A stretch of 64,000 nt of DNA from Octopus sinensis (taxonomy: Eukaryota), in the NCBI RefSeq assembly GCF_006345805.1, contig NC_042998.1:124744001-124808000 (forward strand), written 5' to 3'. Shown piece by piece: positions 1 to 13,059 of this stretch. The position numbers and the translations under genes are program-made. Every line of letters starts with the position of its first letter. Position 1 is the stretch's first letter. Below the pieces are notes generated by a model that worked only from the letters and a program-made list of their open reading frames with translations, made no database searches and was not told the DNA's origin.

Positions 1-381
1 AAACACATGAGTGATGAAAAAATTGGATGGTGTTTGGAAAAAGCGAGGAAATAGAGGCAGAGTGGACTAGAGAATTTGGGGAAGAGCAAGTAGGAAGAAA
101 GGTGGAGTACGGAGAAAAAAAGGGATAAAGATAAACAGTGGGTAGTTGACAGAGATGGACAGAGGCAGAAATGGAAGGCAGTAAAGAGAGAAAGGCAGCA
201 GATAGAAATAGTTGGGGAAAGTCTTGTGCACAAGAGGAGAGAGGAGAAGGACATAGAAATAAACAGAAAAAGAAAGTTTTGCACCAAATATTGAACACTG
301 TGTGGAGTCCCACTGAGTGGGAATAGAAGTGGGGTGTGTGACATTACATTGACTAACAACTTTAAAATAATGCAGAAAGAC

Positions 382-413
<32 letters not shown>

Positions 414-469
414 ACACACACACACACACACGTACACACACATATATAATGATGAAGGAAATTGTTGTG

Positions 470-2010
470 TACAGTGCTCAGATGCAATACAGCTGAGGAA
501 AAGGTGTACCGTTTGCAGATTTCATGGAAATTTTAAAGGATGTGGTGTCTCGACAGCTAACAACTAATGCAGGCAGTTTATTCCATCCTTCAGCAATTCT
601 GAATATGAAAAACATGTTTCTGAAAGTCATGGGTACTGTGTTGCGTTTTGATTTTATAAGCATGTCCGCGAGTGTTTGTCATACGTTGTTGGAAAGATGG
701 TGGAAGATCTTGCGGGCGTCAACCAAGTCAGTTGCCAGCTTCAATTTAAAGTGTGGACGTAGCATTGTCATATACAATTTTAAATAGATAGCTGGAGAAA
801 GTAGCTGACAAAGGTCTTACTGAGTGACGCTAGCACCGCCTCAGCCTTCTTGACTATCTTTGAGATGTGGTTTGTCCAACGCAGATCGTTGTTTACAATA
901 ATGCCCAGATCACGTTCTCTAGAAGACTTCTTGAGATTGGTGTTGTTGAGGGAATGTGTTAAGGCTATGTAAAGGCTGGATTTTTCCTCCCAAAATGTAT
1001 GGTGATGCATTTTTCCACGGCTAGCTTGAGTTACAAGCCAGAGATCCATTGCTGCATTGTATCTAAGTCTGGTTGCAGGAAAGATCCATAGCGCATAGGA
1101 TCTGTTATTTTTATTTCGAGGTACAGCTTGATGTCATCTGCATATTTCAGCGCTGTAACATTCCTCAAATTGACATTTATGTCATTAATATATGCAACAA
1201 ACAGTAGAGGCTCAAGAACGGATCCCTTTGCTACAGCAGGGTGAAGAATGATGTCCTAGAAACGTAACTTCCGACCGAGAATGTAGGACTTCAGCTAGTT
1301 ATAGAGAGCATATTTCACGCCCATTGCAGAGAGTTTTACCATGAGTCATTTGTGTGGCAGAGAGTTGAAAGCTTTAGCACAATCAATGTAGAGAGCATCC
1401 ACTCATGAGCCGCCATCAGTAACTCGGGTGATGTCCTCAAGAAACTCGATGAAAAAAGCAGCTGGAGTTAGGGATAAAACCAAATTGGGAGGGTCGAATA
1501 AGGCTATGAGAGCTCCGAAAGTTCCAGAGTGTTTCTCTGACACAGAACTCCATAATTTTGGCAATGCAGCTAGTAGCTGACAGATGATGTGCGATCACCT
1601 TTTTGAACAGGGAAACGACACTGGCAAATTTCCAGTCTCTGGAGTGACACAGTTGTTAAGGCAGAATTGAAAAAAGGAAGAAAGCTGGTGCAATAGAAAG
1701 AACCCTCCGCGTTTGAGAAGTAAATAAACTCAGCAATAAACTCAGTGCATTCCTTAGCGTCATCAGTGGTCCGACCTGTGTGGGGATTGCGAAGAGAACC
1801 AACTGGGGAGTGAGGTCTCTGTTTTGAACGCACATATTTCCAGAACACTTTGCTGTCAGAGGTAGTTGCTGTACGTCGTTCAAACTGAAGCAGTGACTTT
1901 TTTGTGGCTTGAAAGGGTTGGATGATCTGTTTGCGTCTTCTTCTCTTCTCATCTATTCTATGCTGTCTGTATTTCTGTTTAGCATAACGGCGATCTTTCC
2001 TGGCACGTCA
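470..2010 (-). mobile_element. Decayed CR1/L2-type LINE ORF2 fragment (linker, RT, C-terminus) with internal deletions and frameshifts
   Basis: Minus-strand translations give FWKYVRSKQR..VGSL, VDALYIDCAKAFNSLPHK, GSVLEPLLFVAYINDI, LKYADDIKLY (YADD at ~1130-1150), ERDLGIIVNNDLRWTNHI and FFIFRIAEGWNKLPALVV..SFK. These are typical CR1/L2/Jockey-group RT motifs in the correct order. Confidence 0.9.
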
Positions 2011-2487
2011 AACTGCTACAGTCTCCAAAATTGTACTCTTTTTATTTCAAGAGCATTTGCACGGTACTGATGCTTCACATGCAGCCCAGATTGCACTGAG
2101 GATATTTTGAAAAACAGTATTGACGTCCGCTGAATCGTAAAATTAAAACCAGTTTCGGCGTCGTAACTCCGTACGGTAACAGTTGAAGTCTGTTTTGTTT
2201 CAGTGATGGAGGAGGGGTGGGGAGTACAGTGGCAGCAGTGTAAGATGTGTGTTTTGGCGTTGGCTGGTGTTGCTCGTACAAATTGCATGTTTTGTCACAA
2301 GTTAATGAGTGAAATGGCAGTTACTGCATATGCATAGTCCCCTGCACTGAGAAAACTGGTATATTTTGGAGTATCATACATTAATAGATATTATCATGGA
2401 ACTGTGAAGTATACATTCAAATTGAGGTGGACAGTGAGGGGAAGAAAGGTGTGACAGCAGTAGTGGTCATGGTTGTATCAGTAGAAT

Positions 2488-3040
2488 ATTATTTTCTACT
2501 CAAGGTACAAGGCCCGAAATTTCGGGGGAAGGGGACGGTCGATTAGATCGACCCCAGTATGCAACTGGTATTTAATTTATCGACCCCGAAATGATGAAAG
2601 GCAAAGTCGACCTCGGCGGAATTTGAACTCAGAACGTAACGGCAGACAAAATACTTATTTCTTTACTACCCACAAGGGGCTAAACAAAGAGAGGACAAAC
2701 AAGGACAGACAAACGGATTAAGTCGATTATATCGACCGCAGTGCGTAACTGGTACTTATTGAATCGACCCCGAAAGGATGAAAGGCAAAGTCAACCTCGG
2801 CGGAAGTTGAACTTAGAACGTGAAGTCGGACGAGATACCTATTTCTCTACTACCCACAAGGGGCTAAACACAGAGAGGACAAAGAAGGACAGACAAACGG
2901 ATTAAGTCGATTATATCGACCCCAGTGCGTAACTGGTACTTATTTAATCGACCCCGAAAGGATGAAAGGCAAAGTCGACCTCGGCAGAATTTGAACCCAG
3001 AACATAACGGCAGACGAAATACGGCTACGCATTTCGCCCG
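2488..3040 (-). mobile_element. Tandem trimer of tRNA-derived SINE (family S1)
   Basis: Three ~170-200 bp units, each with a B-box-like segment (GAGTTCAAATTCC or close variant) and the core GCCTTTCATCCTTTCGGGGTCGAT..TAAGTACCAG on the minus strand. Junctions at ~2655 and ~2839 are at the same position. Confidence 0.85.
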
Positions 3041-4734
3041 ATGTATACACACATACACACATCGAGAAAACTGGCATATTTTGGGGTATCATGCGTTTAT
3101 AAATTTTACTTTACTTACAGATTTAACTCGGAGCTGTGAGGCATGCATTCAAACTGAGATGGACAGTGGTGTGATAGTAGTAGTGGTTATGGTTGTAGCA
3201 GTAGAATATTACGGCAATGATGATGATGCTGATGAGTCAGTTGTAGTATTCAGAGAAAATAATGAATGTGGATAGCTGGAAAGTGAAGGGCTTTTCATTA
3301 CGGAGTTTAATAGGTCATCAATTGTGCTAGTTTTGAGGAGTGATAGTACTGCTGTTCATGCTGCTGTTGTAGTCGTTGCTGCTACTGCTGCTATCTATAT
3401 ATGCTTTAAATTTTCATACTGACAATGCTTCAGATCAGTAGTCAATCCTTCTAGAGAATTCCCTTGGGAGTTTTATGATCAGCTTCACTAGTTAATATTT
3501 TAGACTTTGCATTTATTTATTTTTGTTCTTAGTTTTGTTTTGATAAGGAAGCTAACTTCAAGCAACATTTTGCTGATCAATTTTTAGATACTATATTTTA
3601 AACCTGCCAAAGTATGTAGGAGGTGCAAATTTTGATTTTGCAACTCTGAGAAATTTTAGTGGGGGTGCGCTTGCACCTCCTGTTCCCGGGCCCTTGCCTA
3701 CACACACGCTCGCGCGCGCGTGCACGTGCACGCACTCACATACACACACAAACACACACACACGCACACACACACACACACACATTCTTTTATACAAAAG
3801 CACACACACTTCGTATTCCACAAGATTCGTGCTCTGGGAAAATAGTTTATTTTACTTATCAAAAGTCCTTTTGATTCTATTCTAAACACTAACAGAGTAC
3901 CGGAAGTTGTAGAGAACCAGTCAAAAGTTTATGCTATATCCAGGTACTATTCTTTGGATTCTGACTGGGGTGAATTCCGACTGCGGTGTGTTTGTACATT
4001 AAGGGATTCATTTACGTTTCTTTTTAAAATCTCACCTATAAACTGCATTGTATCGATAATATAAATTATTACGGTTCTATTGTTGTTTCGTCTGCCCTGA
4101 TTAAGTATACTTATCAAAGGTATTGCAGGTTGTTCATTCCCAATATTTTGTTTTCAGCTGTTTGCGTATCAAAGACAACATAAATAATATATCCACATTT
4201 TCTTGTTTTAAGACCGTAAGTTTAGCTTTCTGCGACATTTATTTGTCCTGTGTATACGTTCGATCAACCTTTTAGGGGCCGTGAGCTCGTTTTTATTCTA
4301 TTCTTGATGAGGATCTAAAAAGCAGACTAAATATCCTTGATATTTCTTTTTAAGACATAATTTCGAATATTTCTGGAGTTGAACTTCGTCTTCGTTCCCC
4401 TAAATCCAACAAGGTATTTGCCAGCCATGTACTGAAGTCAATTCCATTAACTATACATATTCGCTAGATAGTCGAGTCCTTCTGCCAACTTCATTGCTAT
4501 AATATTCACTTATGAAGACCAGAATAGTTTGCTTCTTTTAATAGGAACCTTCTGTATAACGATTTCGAAGTGTCACATCGATAACTTTAAGATTATTCAA
4601 ATTAGTAACAAATGTTTCGCCACCGTAGTCCTCTCTTCTCCCGTACATGAATATTATACACAATGCGTGATTATGTTAGAAACGATACTTAATGTATTCA
4701 GATATTGGAAATATTTCTTATTTAAAATTTTATT

Positions 4735-5503
4735 CTTATCTCCGCCAAGGAAGGAAGTTATGTTTTCATTGGCACTGGCTTGTCTGTCTGTGTGCATAAT
4801 AACTCAAAAAGTTGTAAGTAGTATTCAATGAAACTAGCAAGAACGGTTCGTAATGAAACACAAAACAGACGACGAAATTTTGGTAGTGATCCAGTAATTT
4901 TTATGGATTCTTGAAGGATTTTTCATTTGTTATAATTACTTTACATGAAGTATTACAATGTTACGTTGTTTGAGTCTTTATCTGATTATCTCCCTTGAAA
5001 ACACGTTCGTGGTTTTCACGTAACCTATGGTGGCGTTGCTGCTTCCAAAGTTTTATTTTCGTTTCTCTATTAGTGATTTTACTCGCATATCTATCTTACG
5101 AGAAACTGATGGATAAAGAGATCAAACTACATAAACAAACGGCAGCGAAATAGTTTTGAAATTAAATGATACTAATATATTCAAGGGTTGCTAAAAGCAG
5201 CAGCAGAGGAGGGGGAGGAGGCAGTGGTAGCAACAACTGTTGCTGGACCCTTGAGGAATGAATGATACTATACTGACCACAGAGGGATGTAAAGCAGGTA
5301 GGTAGGTAGGTTTAGTTTGGTAAGATTAGGGTTAGGGGTCTTTTTTTAAATCATATGGCTGTGTTATTTGTTTTTACCCCCGTCGAGGAGGTTATGTTTT
5401 TGCCGGCGTTGGTTTGGGAAACTGAGCGATTTTCAGCATGCATGCATATGGGGGAAATGAGCTGTTTGGCGGAGATCTGCGCTCTCTGAGTGCTTTCCTA
5501 GTT
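4735..5503 (+). mobile_element. Helentron-associated non-autonomous element (HINE/DINE-1-like)
   Basis: Subterminal inverted repeats TCTCCGCCAA (4739) and TTGGCGGAGA (5466). Also 5' GGAAGTTATGTTTT followed by a GTCT repeat, a 3' stem-loop GCGCTC-TCT-GAGTGC and a CTAGTT terminus. A second 5'-end motif lies at ~5372. Confidence 0.75.
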
Positions 5504-8500
5504 TGGTGTATCCTTTACCCACACACGGTCGAATATGTATACTTAAGCGTCGGGGTGACAAGAACGAAAATATCTTTTTTGCTGATACTATTTTTTCCAA
5601 ATACATTCACTTTGTGATTTCAAATCAACACAAGAATATAATGTAACATTAGATAATTGTATGTTGAATTTATTGCCCATAACAGTAAACTGCTTATTAA
5701 TAATGGTTTGGAATTACAGTAGCGTGGAGTCGAGGTTTTAGAATAAAAATATTGTCACTGACAGGTAAAAGACTCACGGAAATATCCAAACAGTAAACTG
5801 ATATTCCATTCAGTTATCAATTACAGACGTCTATCACCAGGTGAACTTCCTTGATGATGAGATACAATTTAGCATCTGCTGTCATTCTATAATATGTAGG
5901 TTTCAGGACATATTAACATTGATTTTTGTCTATCTTCTATTGACAAATAATTATTCTTTTGTTAGCGATGAGAACCAACACTAATAAATTTCAAACTTGA
6001 AATCCGGCAAATAAACTCAACTCACTCCACTATTTCGCTATTCAATACACTGATGCATCAGATTTCATACGTAAGATTTCTGAATTAAAATTTCTGTTGA
6101 GATGAACAGTAATTTTCATGTCACCAAGGTGGATTTAAAAAATACTTGTTATATTCAGAAAAGGATCAGGTCACCTATCCCCTTTCATAGAAAGAACAAT
6201 TACCAAGTCTATATTACATATTGTCTTCAGATGGCGGTACATCGCGGTAAAGAAGCAAGTCGAAGCAACAAGACAGTTTCGATTCTAGGCTGAAGTCATT
6301 TCACTATATACAATTATAACTTGGGAGTATATATGACAATTCATGTGTTCCACCATTAAAATCTTAGTTTAAAAATACAATATTGTATCGTTTTGTGGTA
6401 TGTAACACAGTGGTTTCCTGCGTCAAAATGTTAAAAAAAAATGAAAATAATAATGAAAGTAAATTAGACCCAAGCCATAAATTAATTTTCCCTTATACTT
6501 TCTGTAAGCAGCTGTTAAAAGGTAGTTCTCATAAATTTAGTTGTCTTTATTTCATACCAATTTTCATGTTCCTAAAATAAGAATTTAAGAAATACATTGT
6601 TAAAATTCTATTAATTCTGCAGACTAAGATTATGCATGATTGCGTTAAGCCCATGATATACAAAACAAAACAAAAAAAAAAAAAACATAGAACTCTACCG
6701 CAATGTTTTTTTTGGTGGTTAAATTACAGCAACTGATTGTATTGACATGCTTCTGATAGTGTAACCAAGCAAAGTGAAAATGCTTCTCCCAAAGCAGATT
6801 CCGGTTATTTTCATAGGCGACGTTTTAACGGAAGTGTTTTGAGAAGGAAATATCGATTGAGTTTTCATAGAATTTCAGCAATCTCATGAAAAATTTTTTA
6901 AATTTACCTGACATTTTCGGTCATCCTAAAAGCTAAAACAAATGCTGAAAGGAAATTCATGCGGTTTAGCATAAATATAGTCAATATAAATAGCATGAAA
7001 TTTAGAGTTGTTTGTTATATATTGATTTCTAAACAGATATATTCCATATCTCATGTAAGATATTTGCATATATGTATGAGTTTGTGTGTGAATGTCAGAC
7101 TGTGTATATGTATGTGAGTACGTAAATAAACACAGAAATGCTCGTTGTGTGTATGATTGCGTTTCTGTGCATGTATATGCATATGTGCGCATGTGAGTGT
7201 GTGTATACCTATACATATTTACCACTTTATTATGTGTAAGCGTTTTAAAGCAAACTTAAAGTTTTCAACGTATTAGTCGAACAGGCCTAGCCTTGCTGGT
7301 ACCTAATAATTTTGTTATTATGATCACAAGTAATGTATATGAAATAAATACAAGTTACGATGGAGCAACTAGTATTTATTCCATATAAATTACTTGTGAG
7401 AAGACACAAGTTGTTAGCGATGGTCTCATCTTGCAAACTGTCGTCCACAACGGAAATGGAAATATTGAGCGAACTAAAATTATTTCGTACACCATACAAC
7501 ATTAATATCAATCAATTAATTATATAATATTAAGATAAATCTTTAAAATGTATTAATATAATTACTGTATATTTACACATACCGCATATGTGGAGGGGAT
7601 GATTGTGTGAGTAATTCTGTTTATAATTCCTTTTATGTACAATTCCTATCATATCCTTGGTGAACATTTAATAGTGTAATTCGAGCTTATACATACATCT
7701 TGCGAGTATCATGCCTTAGAGAAAGGTGAGAATCATACCTTGGAGAAGCACTTGGCTTCGCTAATGTCAGTAAACGATGCTATCTTGTTGACCAATCATA
7801 TCACATGACATGGTGATAACGCACCACCATCGCTGATATATTTTATTTTACATCCACTAACGTTGGCTGTTGGATTTAGACTTTCCCTGTACGTAGATAT
7901 ACATTATGTACATCTACATGTAATTACAGACACAGACGCACACACTCTCACACACATGCATATACTCATCTCCCCCCACATATATATATATATATATATA
8001 TATATACATTCATACATACGTGTATATATATATGTGTATATATATATACATATATAGATACATACATCTAATACATTTGCCTGTGTGCAAGTATGTGCGT
8101 GTGTATGTGCGTGCATAAACACACATATACATATACACACGCAAGCAACAAATATAGAGAGAAAGAAAATGGAGAGAAAAAGAAAGTAAGACAAAAGAAA
8201 AACAAAAGATGAGAGAAGCAGGAGGAGAGAACGAGTGGAATATATGTAATTTACTTCGTTATCAACTTCAAAGATTAACTATGTGGCCACACTGTATTTT
8301 GAAGAAGTTAAACAGGAACAAAGAATAACGAGAAGAGTAGTCAAACTAGACTCTGTATACTTTCATGATGCTTAACAAGTAAATTCCCATGTTCTATAAC
8401 AAAGAAAACTCAAGCACGTGACTTACTTGAGTCCAATTTATCTAACAACTATCAACATACCTATAGTCTCGACAGATAGCTTTATTCAACATTTCAGCTA

Positions 8501-9994
8501 ATAACACTTCTTATCAATGTTGTGATTATTAAGTTAATAATACGTTGATCATGAATGAATTCTTTGAATCTTTATTATTTCCCTCTTCAACTATAAATTC
8601 ATATAAAACATTGACTGTAAGAAGTAATATATAAACTATACAATAATGAGAGGCGAAATTCCATTTCCCCTGTTCGTTTAGTCACAGATGGAATTGATAA
8701 ATATTAAGATAATGACCAGTTGCCATGAATAGGAACGTATGCAGCCAGAGACTTTATCTACGTTGATGAGTTCGATATACTACAGAATGAAGGATGTCTC
8801 GAGTAAATAATGAATTATTTTGAAGTGTAGCTAATTATATTTCCTTATAAACCTCACTGTAATTAATGAACTAATGATGAAATGCAATCACATATAGGTG
8901 AAATACAACAGCAACTTCACAAATACTTATAATCTGTAATATCCATCATGTGTTGAGTAAATATATTCAGTACTAAGAAAAGGTGAGTGACAGTTGTGCT
9001 GTTTATGTCATTTAATTGCACATTAGCATACTAAGTGAGGTACAAGAGTCTGCAGCAGGAATTGAAATATTTTCAAGCAATCAACTCCACGAGTTCTACA
9101 TATTGAATGTTTACAGAGAATATGGGATATTGTGATTAAGTTTCCAGGAAATGATTTTAGTTCCGAAGTTGGAATTTTTGGTATGAACTATAACATTAAT
9201 GGTCTTGTAAACATGATTACACCACACATTTAAATCAATATTTCATATATGTTATAAAGCTGAGATTTCCCGCCTATATAAGTAATTTTGGATAAGTTTG
9301 ACGTCAACTAATTTTCGATACATATAAGAAGAATTCAGAAAACTGTTAGAATAACATGATTATATATCAATAATTGCTTTTTCATGTTCAACGTTTTTAG
9401 TTTTGTAAAATGTTTAAACTTTTATTTTTTATCCCTCTACCTCTGATTTAAATATCAAAAAGTACTGTGATTATTCTTTCAAGTGCATTAATAAATTACT
9501 TTATTAATTCGAATTTTTGTTTAGTGGGGAAATATTTCATTTTAAATTACAAGATAAATTGATTATTCTAAAGCACTCAATTTAAATTTTGTACATTTTT
9601 GTTCAACTTAAATAATAAATGTTAAATTTCTCTAATTTATGTTTCTTTAACGAACATACATTTCCACTTACAGTTTGTCAGGAAAACAAACTTGGAGTAT
9701 TCCATTTCTCCAACTTTTGATCATCACACATAGAATCCATTGTACTCTCTACACAAACTACGCTTTACAAGCTAAAATATCATTTTTGTTGCATCTCTGC
9801 ATCGTCGTCATGATCATCATAAAGACAAGGCTATGTTAAAAAGCTGTTTTTTTTCTTTTCAAGGCTTAGAAATATACTGGTTTTAAAAAAAATCTTGAGC
9901 GTATGAACTCCACTTCATGACGCATGCAAAAATAAAGCATCTAACCGGAAAGATTTTCAACAATATTTTGCAACCAGCTTCATTTCACACTTTG

Positions 9995-9997
<3 letters not shown>

Positions 9998-10070
<73 letters not shown>
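9998..10070. repeat. (TC)n microsatellite
   Basis: Perfect dinucleotide run. Confidence 0.98.
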
Positions 10071-10072
<2 letters not shown>

Positions 10073-12539
10073 ACTCTTTCTATCTCAGTCCCTATCTCTA
10101 TTTACCAATCTCTTTTATCAATAGTGCATGTGATTCTGGTTCTGTCAACTTTTTCTTAATCCGTACCAACACACGCTATATTCTATTTATATACTTACTA
10201 CTGTTTATCGGTTTAGCTCAACTGCGTATGATTTACACAGAGAATGCACGTACAACTCGCTTTCCAAAATCTTTGTATCGTGATTGTGTGCTCTTCTGCA
10301 ACAAACTTCTTGCTCACATTACCCCACCAAAAACTTAGCACACTCCTAACAGAAATATTACCAACATGATCACCACGTTGTTATTATTATCTTCACTTCA
10401 AAATTAAGGAACAAGAAAAGACATTTTGGGTTTCAGATAGAAAAGCGTGGGATGAAAATATTTCACACTACTTTCATTACTTTTTATTCAGTTGTCAGTG
10501 TTATATAAATTTACAGCAGTAAATAGGCTGAGGCGATAAGAAATAGGGCTACATATATTGTGATATGTAATTTAGTTCATCTACACTCTGTGTTTAATTG
10601 TAACTACTTGCATAGCATTTCTCCTCAGTGCCGGTAAAATTTGAAATGCACTGTAATATACTGCGTCGATACAACTTCCTAACTTCACCTGCACAAAATT
10701 TTTCATTGTACATAAGTAGTCAATTATAAATACGAACTCTTAAGGAGTATTATATGACTTAGGGTTTAGCTTTTATCCTAAGTTCTGAGAATTCTGTCAG
10801 GTTTGATTTATAAACTGTATCCGACTGTGACTGAAATGTGATTTTAATTTAAATTATAAACACTTTAGCAACAAAACATTGCCTTTGTTTGAAGTGAAGA
10901 AATCAAATTTATAGACAGTCTTAAATTGCGTGAAGTAAACTGTTGGTAAACATGTTGAAATGCATTTGCTTCGTGGTTTCTATAACGGATTTTAGTTGTT
11001 TATAAGAAAAAGGGAAGATGTGAACTGTGTAGCGTCCCATACCTTTCCATATCAATAAGACGAGATTTCAGGTGATGAAAAGTAATTTTATAGTCTTATC
11101 GATGAGCCTCTAAAGGGAAAAAAGTATATGAAATTTGGTTATGCTACCAGAAAAAAATGTGAACTTCCAACAGGAGACTAATTTTTGAGACCGAAGTATT
11201 GTAATTATAAAATTTTGAAATTCCAGTATTTGCTTCCACATGACAATATATTGTCTAGCAAATACATTCATGTTTCCCTATTTGTTATTCATCAATGGTT
11301 CAGCGCCCATGCAACTGTGTACATTCTTTGTTCTCGACATACTAATAGAATATAAACGGCTTGATATACAGTAGCATGCATTCATACATATATTATGTGT
11401 ATGTACTTGTGTGTGAGGGCAAGTGTAAATTTACGAATATGTATAATTATATTTCCTGTCCTTGCCCTGCATTGTTCCCGAGAGAATAATATTGTCATTC
11501 AAGTTTACAACAGCTGTAATGTAATGTATATACGTTTTAAAGGAGGATTTTTTTCCACACCACTGTTATTTGCTTCAGGGAATTTGTTCTGATATAAAGC
11601 GAGGTGTAAAGTCTGACTAGATTTAACTGATGAAGCATATTACTCTTTATTTCTCGTTAATTTGTTTTCTCTATCATACAGAAACTCTTCCAAACAATTA
11701 TTGCTGTCATTCTATACTTTTATAAATATCAGACAGCAGCTTACTTCCAGAAACATTTCTGTATCACCGATTTTGAACACTATTACATTCAATAAAGCCA
11801 TTACGACGAAAAAATCAATAAAACATCTGGACTTGTTTTCAACAGCAACCTGACCTCTCTGCCGTTGCAAAATTCTTTCGTCAGAATGTTTTCCATGAGA
11901 CCACTGTTGACCTTTACAGTATCAAAATAAAGAGGTCATCTTTGAAATGAAGTCTAAGAACATTCAGTTTTTATCATTTTTCTTTCCATTTTATTTATTT
12001 GTTATTTAGTTATTATTTTGTATTCCTCTTCCCCTACAAAACTCTCGATTCATCCAATAATAGTGAATACCATTTCGTTTTCGTGTAAAAATGGTTAGGT
12101 TCCTGATTCCGCCCTAGAGAAAAGCAGCTGACTGTACTATAAGTCTGTATTATTGAATAAGTTATTGAATAACAAATTCTGCCATGCTATTCTCTAGACA
12201 TTTCATTCCTTTATCCTCCCTAAACCACCAAAAAGAAATGATGATAAGCCAACAAAAATGGATGTACTCCATGTGTAGGTAGTGTTTAATTTGTTTATTC
12301 TTATATCAATATTATGTTTGACACAGATAATTCATGACAATTATAAAAGCAATTGTATCTCAATTATAAAAGCAATTATATCACATAACATCGTCTCTAA
12401 TTGTATGTATGTATGTATGTATGTATGTATATATGTATGTATGTATATATCATTATGCAATTATTGCTGAAACGCATGTGAAGATGTTATAAGTAAATTA
12501 TTTTACAGTATGTTTCCTTATCCTGACTGAACTTCCTAC

Positions 12540-12972
12540 TCTTTGGATTTGCATATCCTAACCACTTCTCGAACTTTCAGCACCTCTCCTCATCCACATA
12601 CCAATACTAAATCCGGATTCCCATTGGATCTATTGACTCTACCTTCATGGATTTCATTGGAGTTTTTCGTTGATGTAGATCGCTCCAATCTAAACTTTTT
12701 GAACTTTCTGAACTTTCTGAACTTTTATACTTCACACGTTAATACTTTGCCATTCTCTTTCCTTTTTTCTCTTTTTTCTTTTTTTACCGCTGAACTCTAC
12801 AAGCTTTTTTCATTCTCTCTCTCCGTTTGTTTTCTGTTATTATTTTTTTTGTTGACGAGCGTAAGCGCGAAACGTAAAAGACGTTTTCATTTTTCCCGTG
12901 CGTCAAACTAATACACTTTCTTGTTGTTCATACACGTGTTTTTGTTTTTTGCTTTCTGTAAGTTTCAACTAT
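12540..12972 (+). mobile_element. Penelope-like element terminal (pLTR-type) fragment ending in (TA)n
   Basis: Shares GAGCGTA.GC.CGAAA.GTAAAAG...GCGTCAAACTAATACAC..TTGTTGTTCATACAC with the end of the RT/GIY-YIG element at 28560-28650. Confidence 0.7.
12845..12880 (+). ncRNA. Minimal type I hammerhead-ribozyme-like motif (degenerate)
   Basis: TTTT-TTGTTGA-C-GAGC/GTAA/GCGC-GAAA-C-GTA-AAAG, giving stem I, variant core, stem II, GAAA, palindromic ACGT and a GUA triplet. Confidence 0.45.
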
Positions 12973-12992
12973 ACATATACATATATATATAT

Positions 12993-13059
<67 letters not shown>

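Noticed and set aside
1-330. Purine-rich tract, possibly a Penelope-type terminal region on the minus strand (similar composition at 15440-15800)
   Set aside because: Only compositional similarity and a lone CGAAACG at ~15733; there is no alignable motif set.
2488-3040. Regularly spaced repeats as a CRISPR-like array
   Set aside because: The context is eukaryotic, the units are ~184-bp SINE copies without unique spacers, and there are no cas genes.
4330-4600. Possible very old RTE LINE remnant on the minus strand
   Set aside because: Only vague spacing of Trp/Arg residues; too decayed to support.
5326-5338. TTAGGG telomeric repeats
   Set aside because: Only two units, inside a HINE-like element.
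7788-7812. CCAAT box plus TCACATGA E-box as a promoter
   Set aside because: Short motifs are expected by chance in 64 kb, and no linked exon was found.
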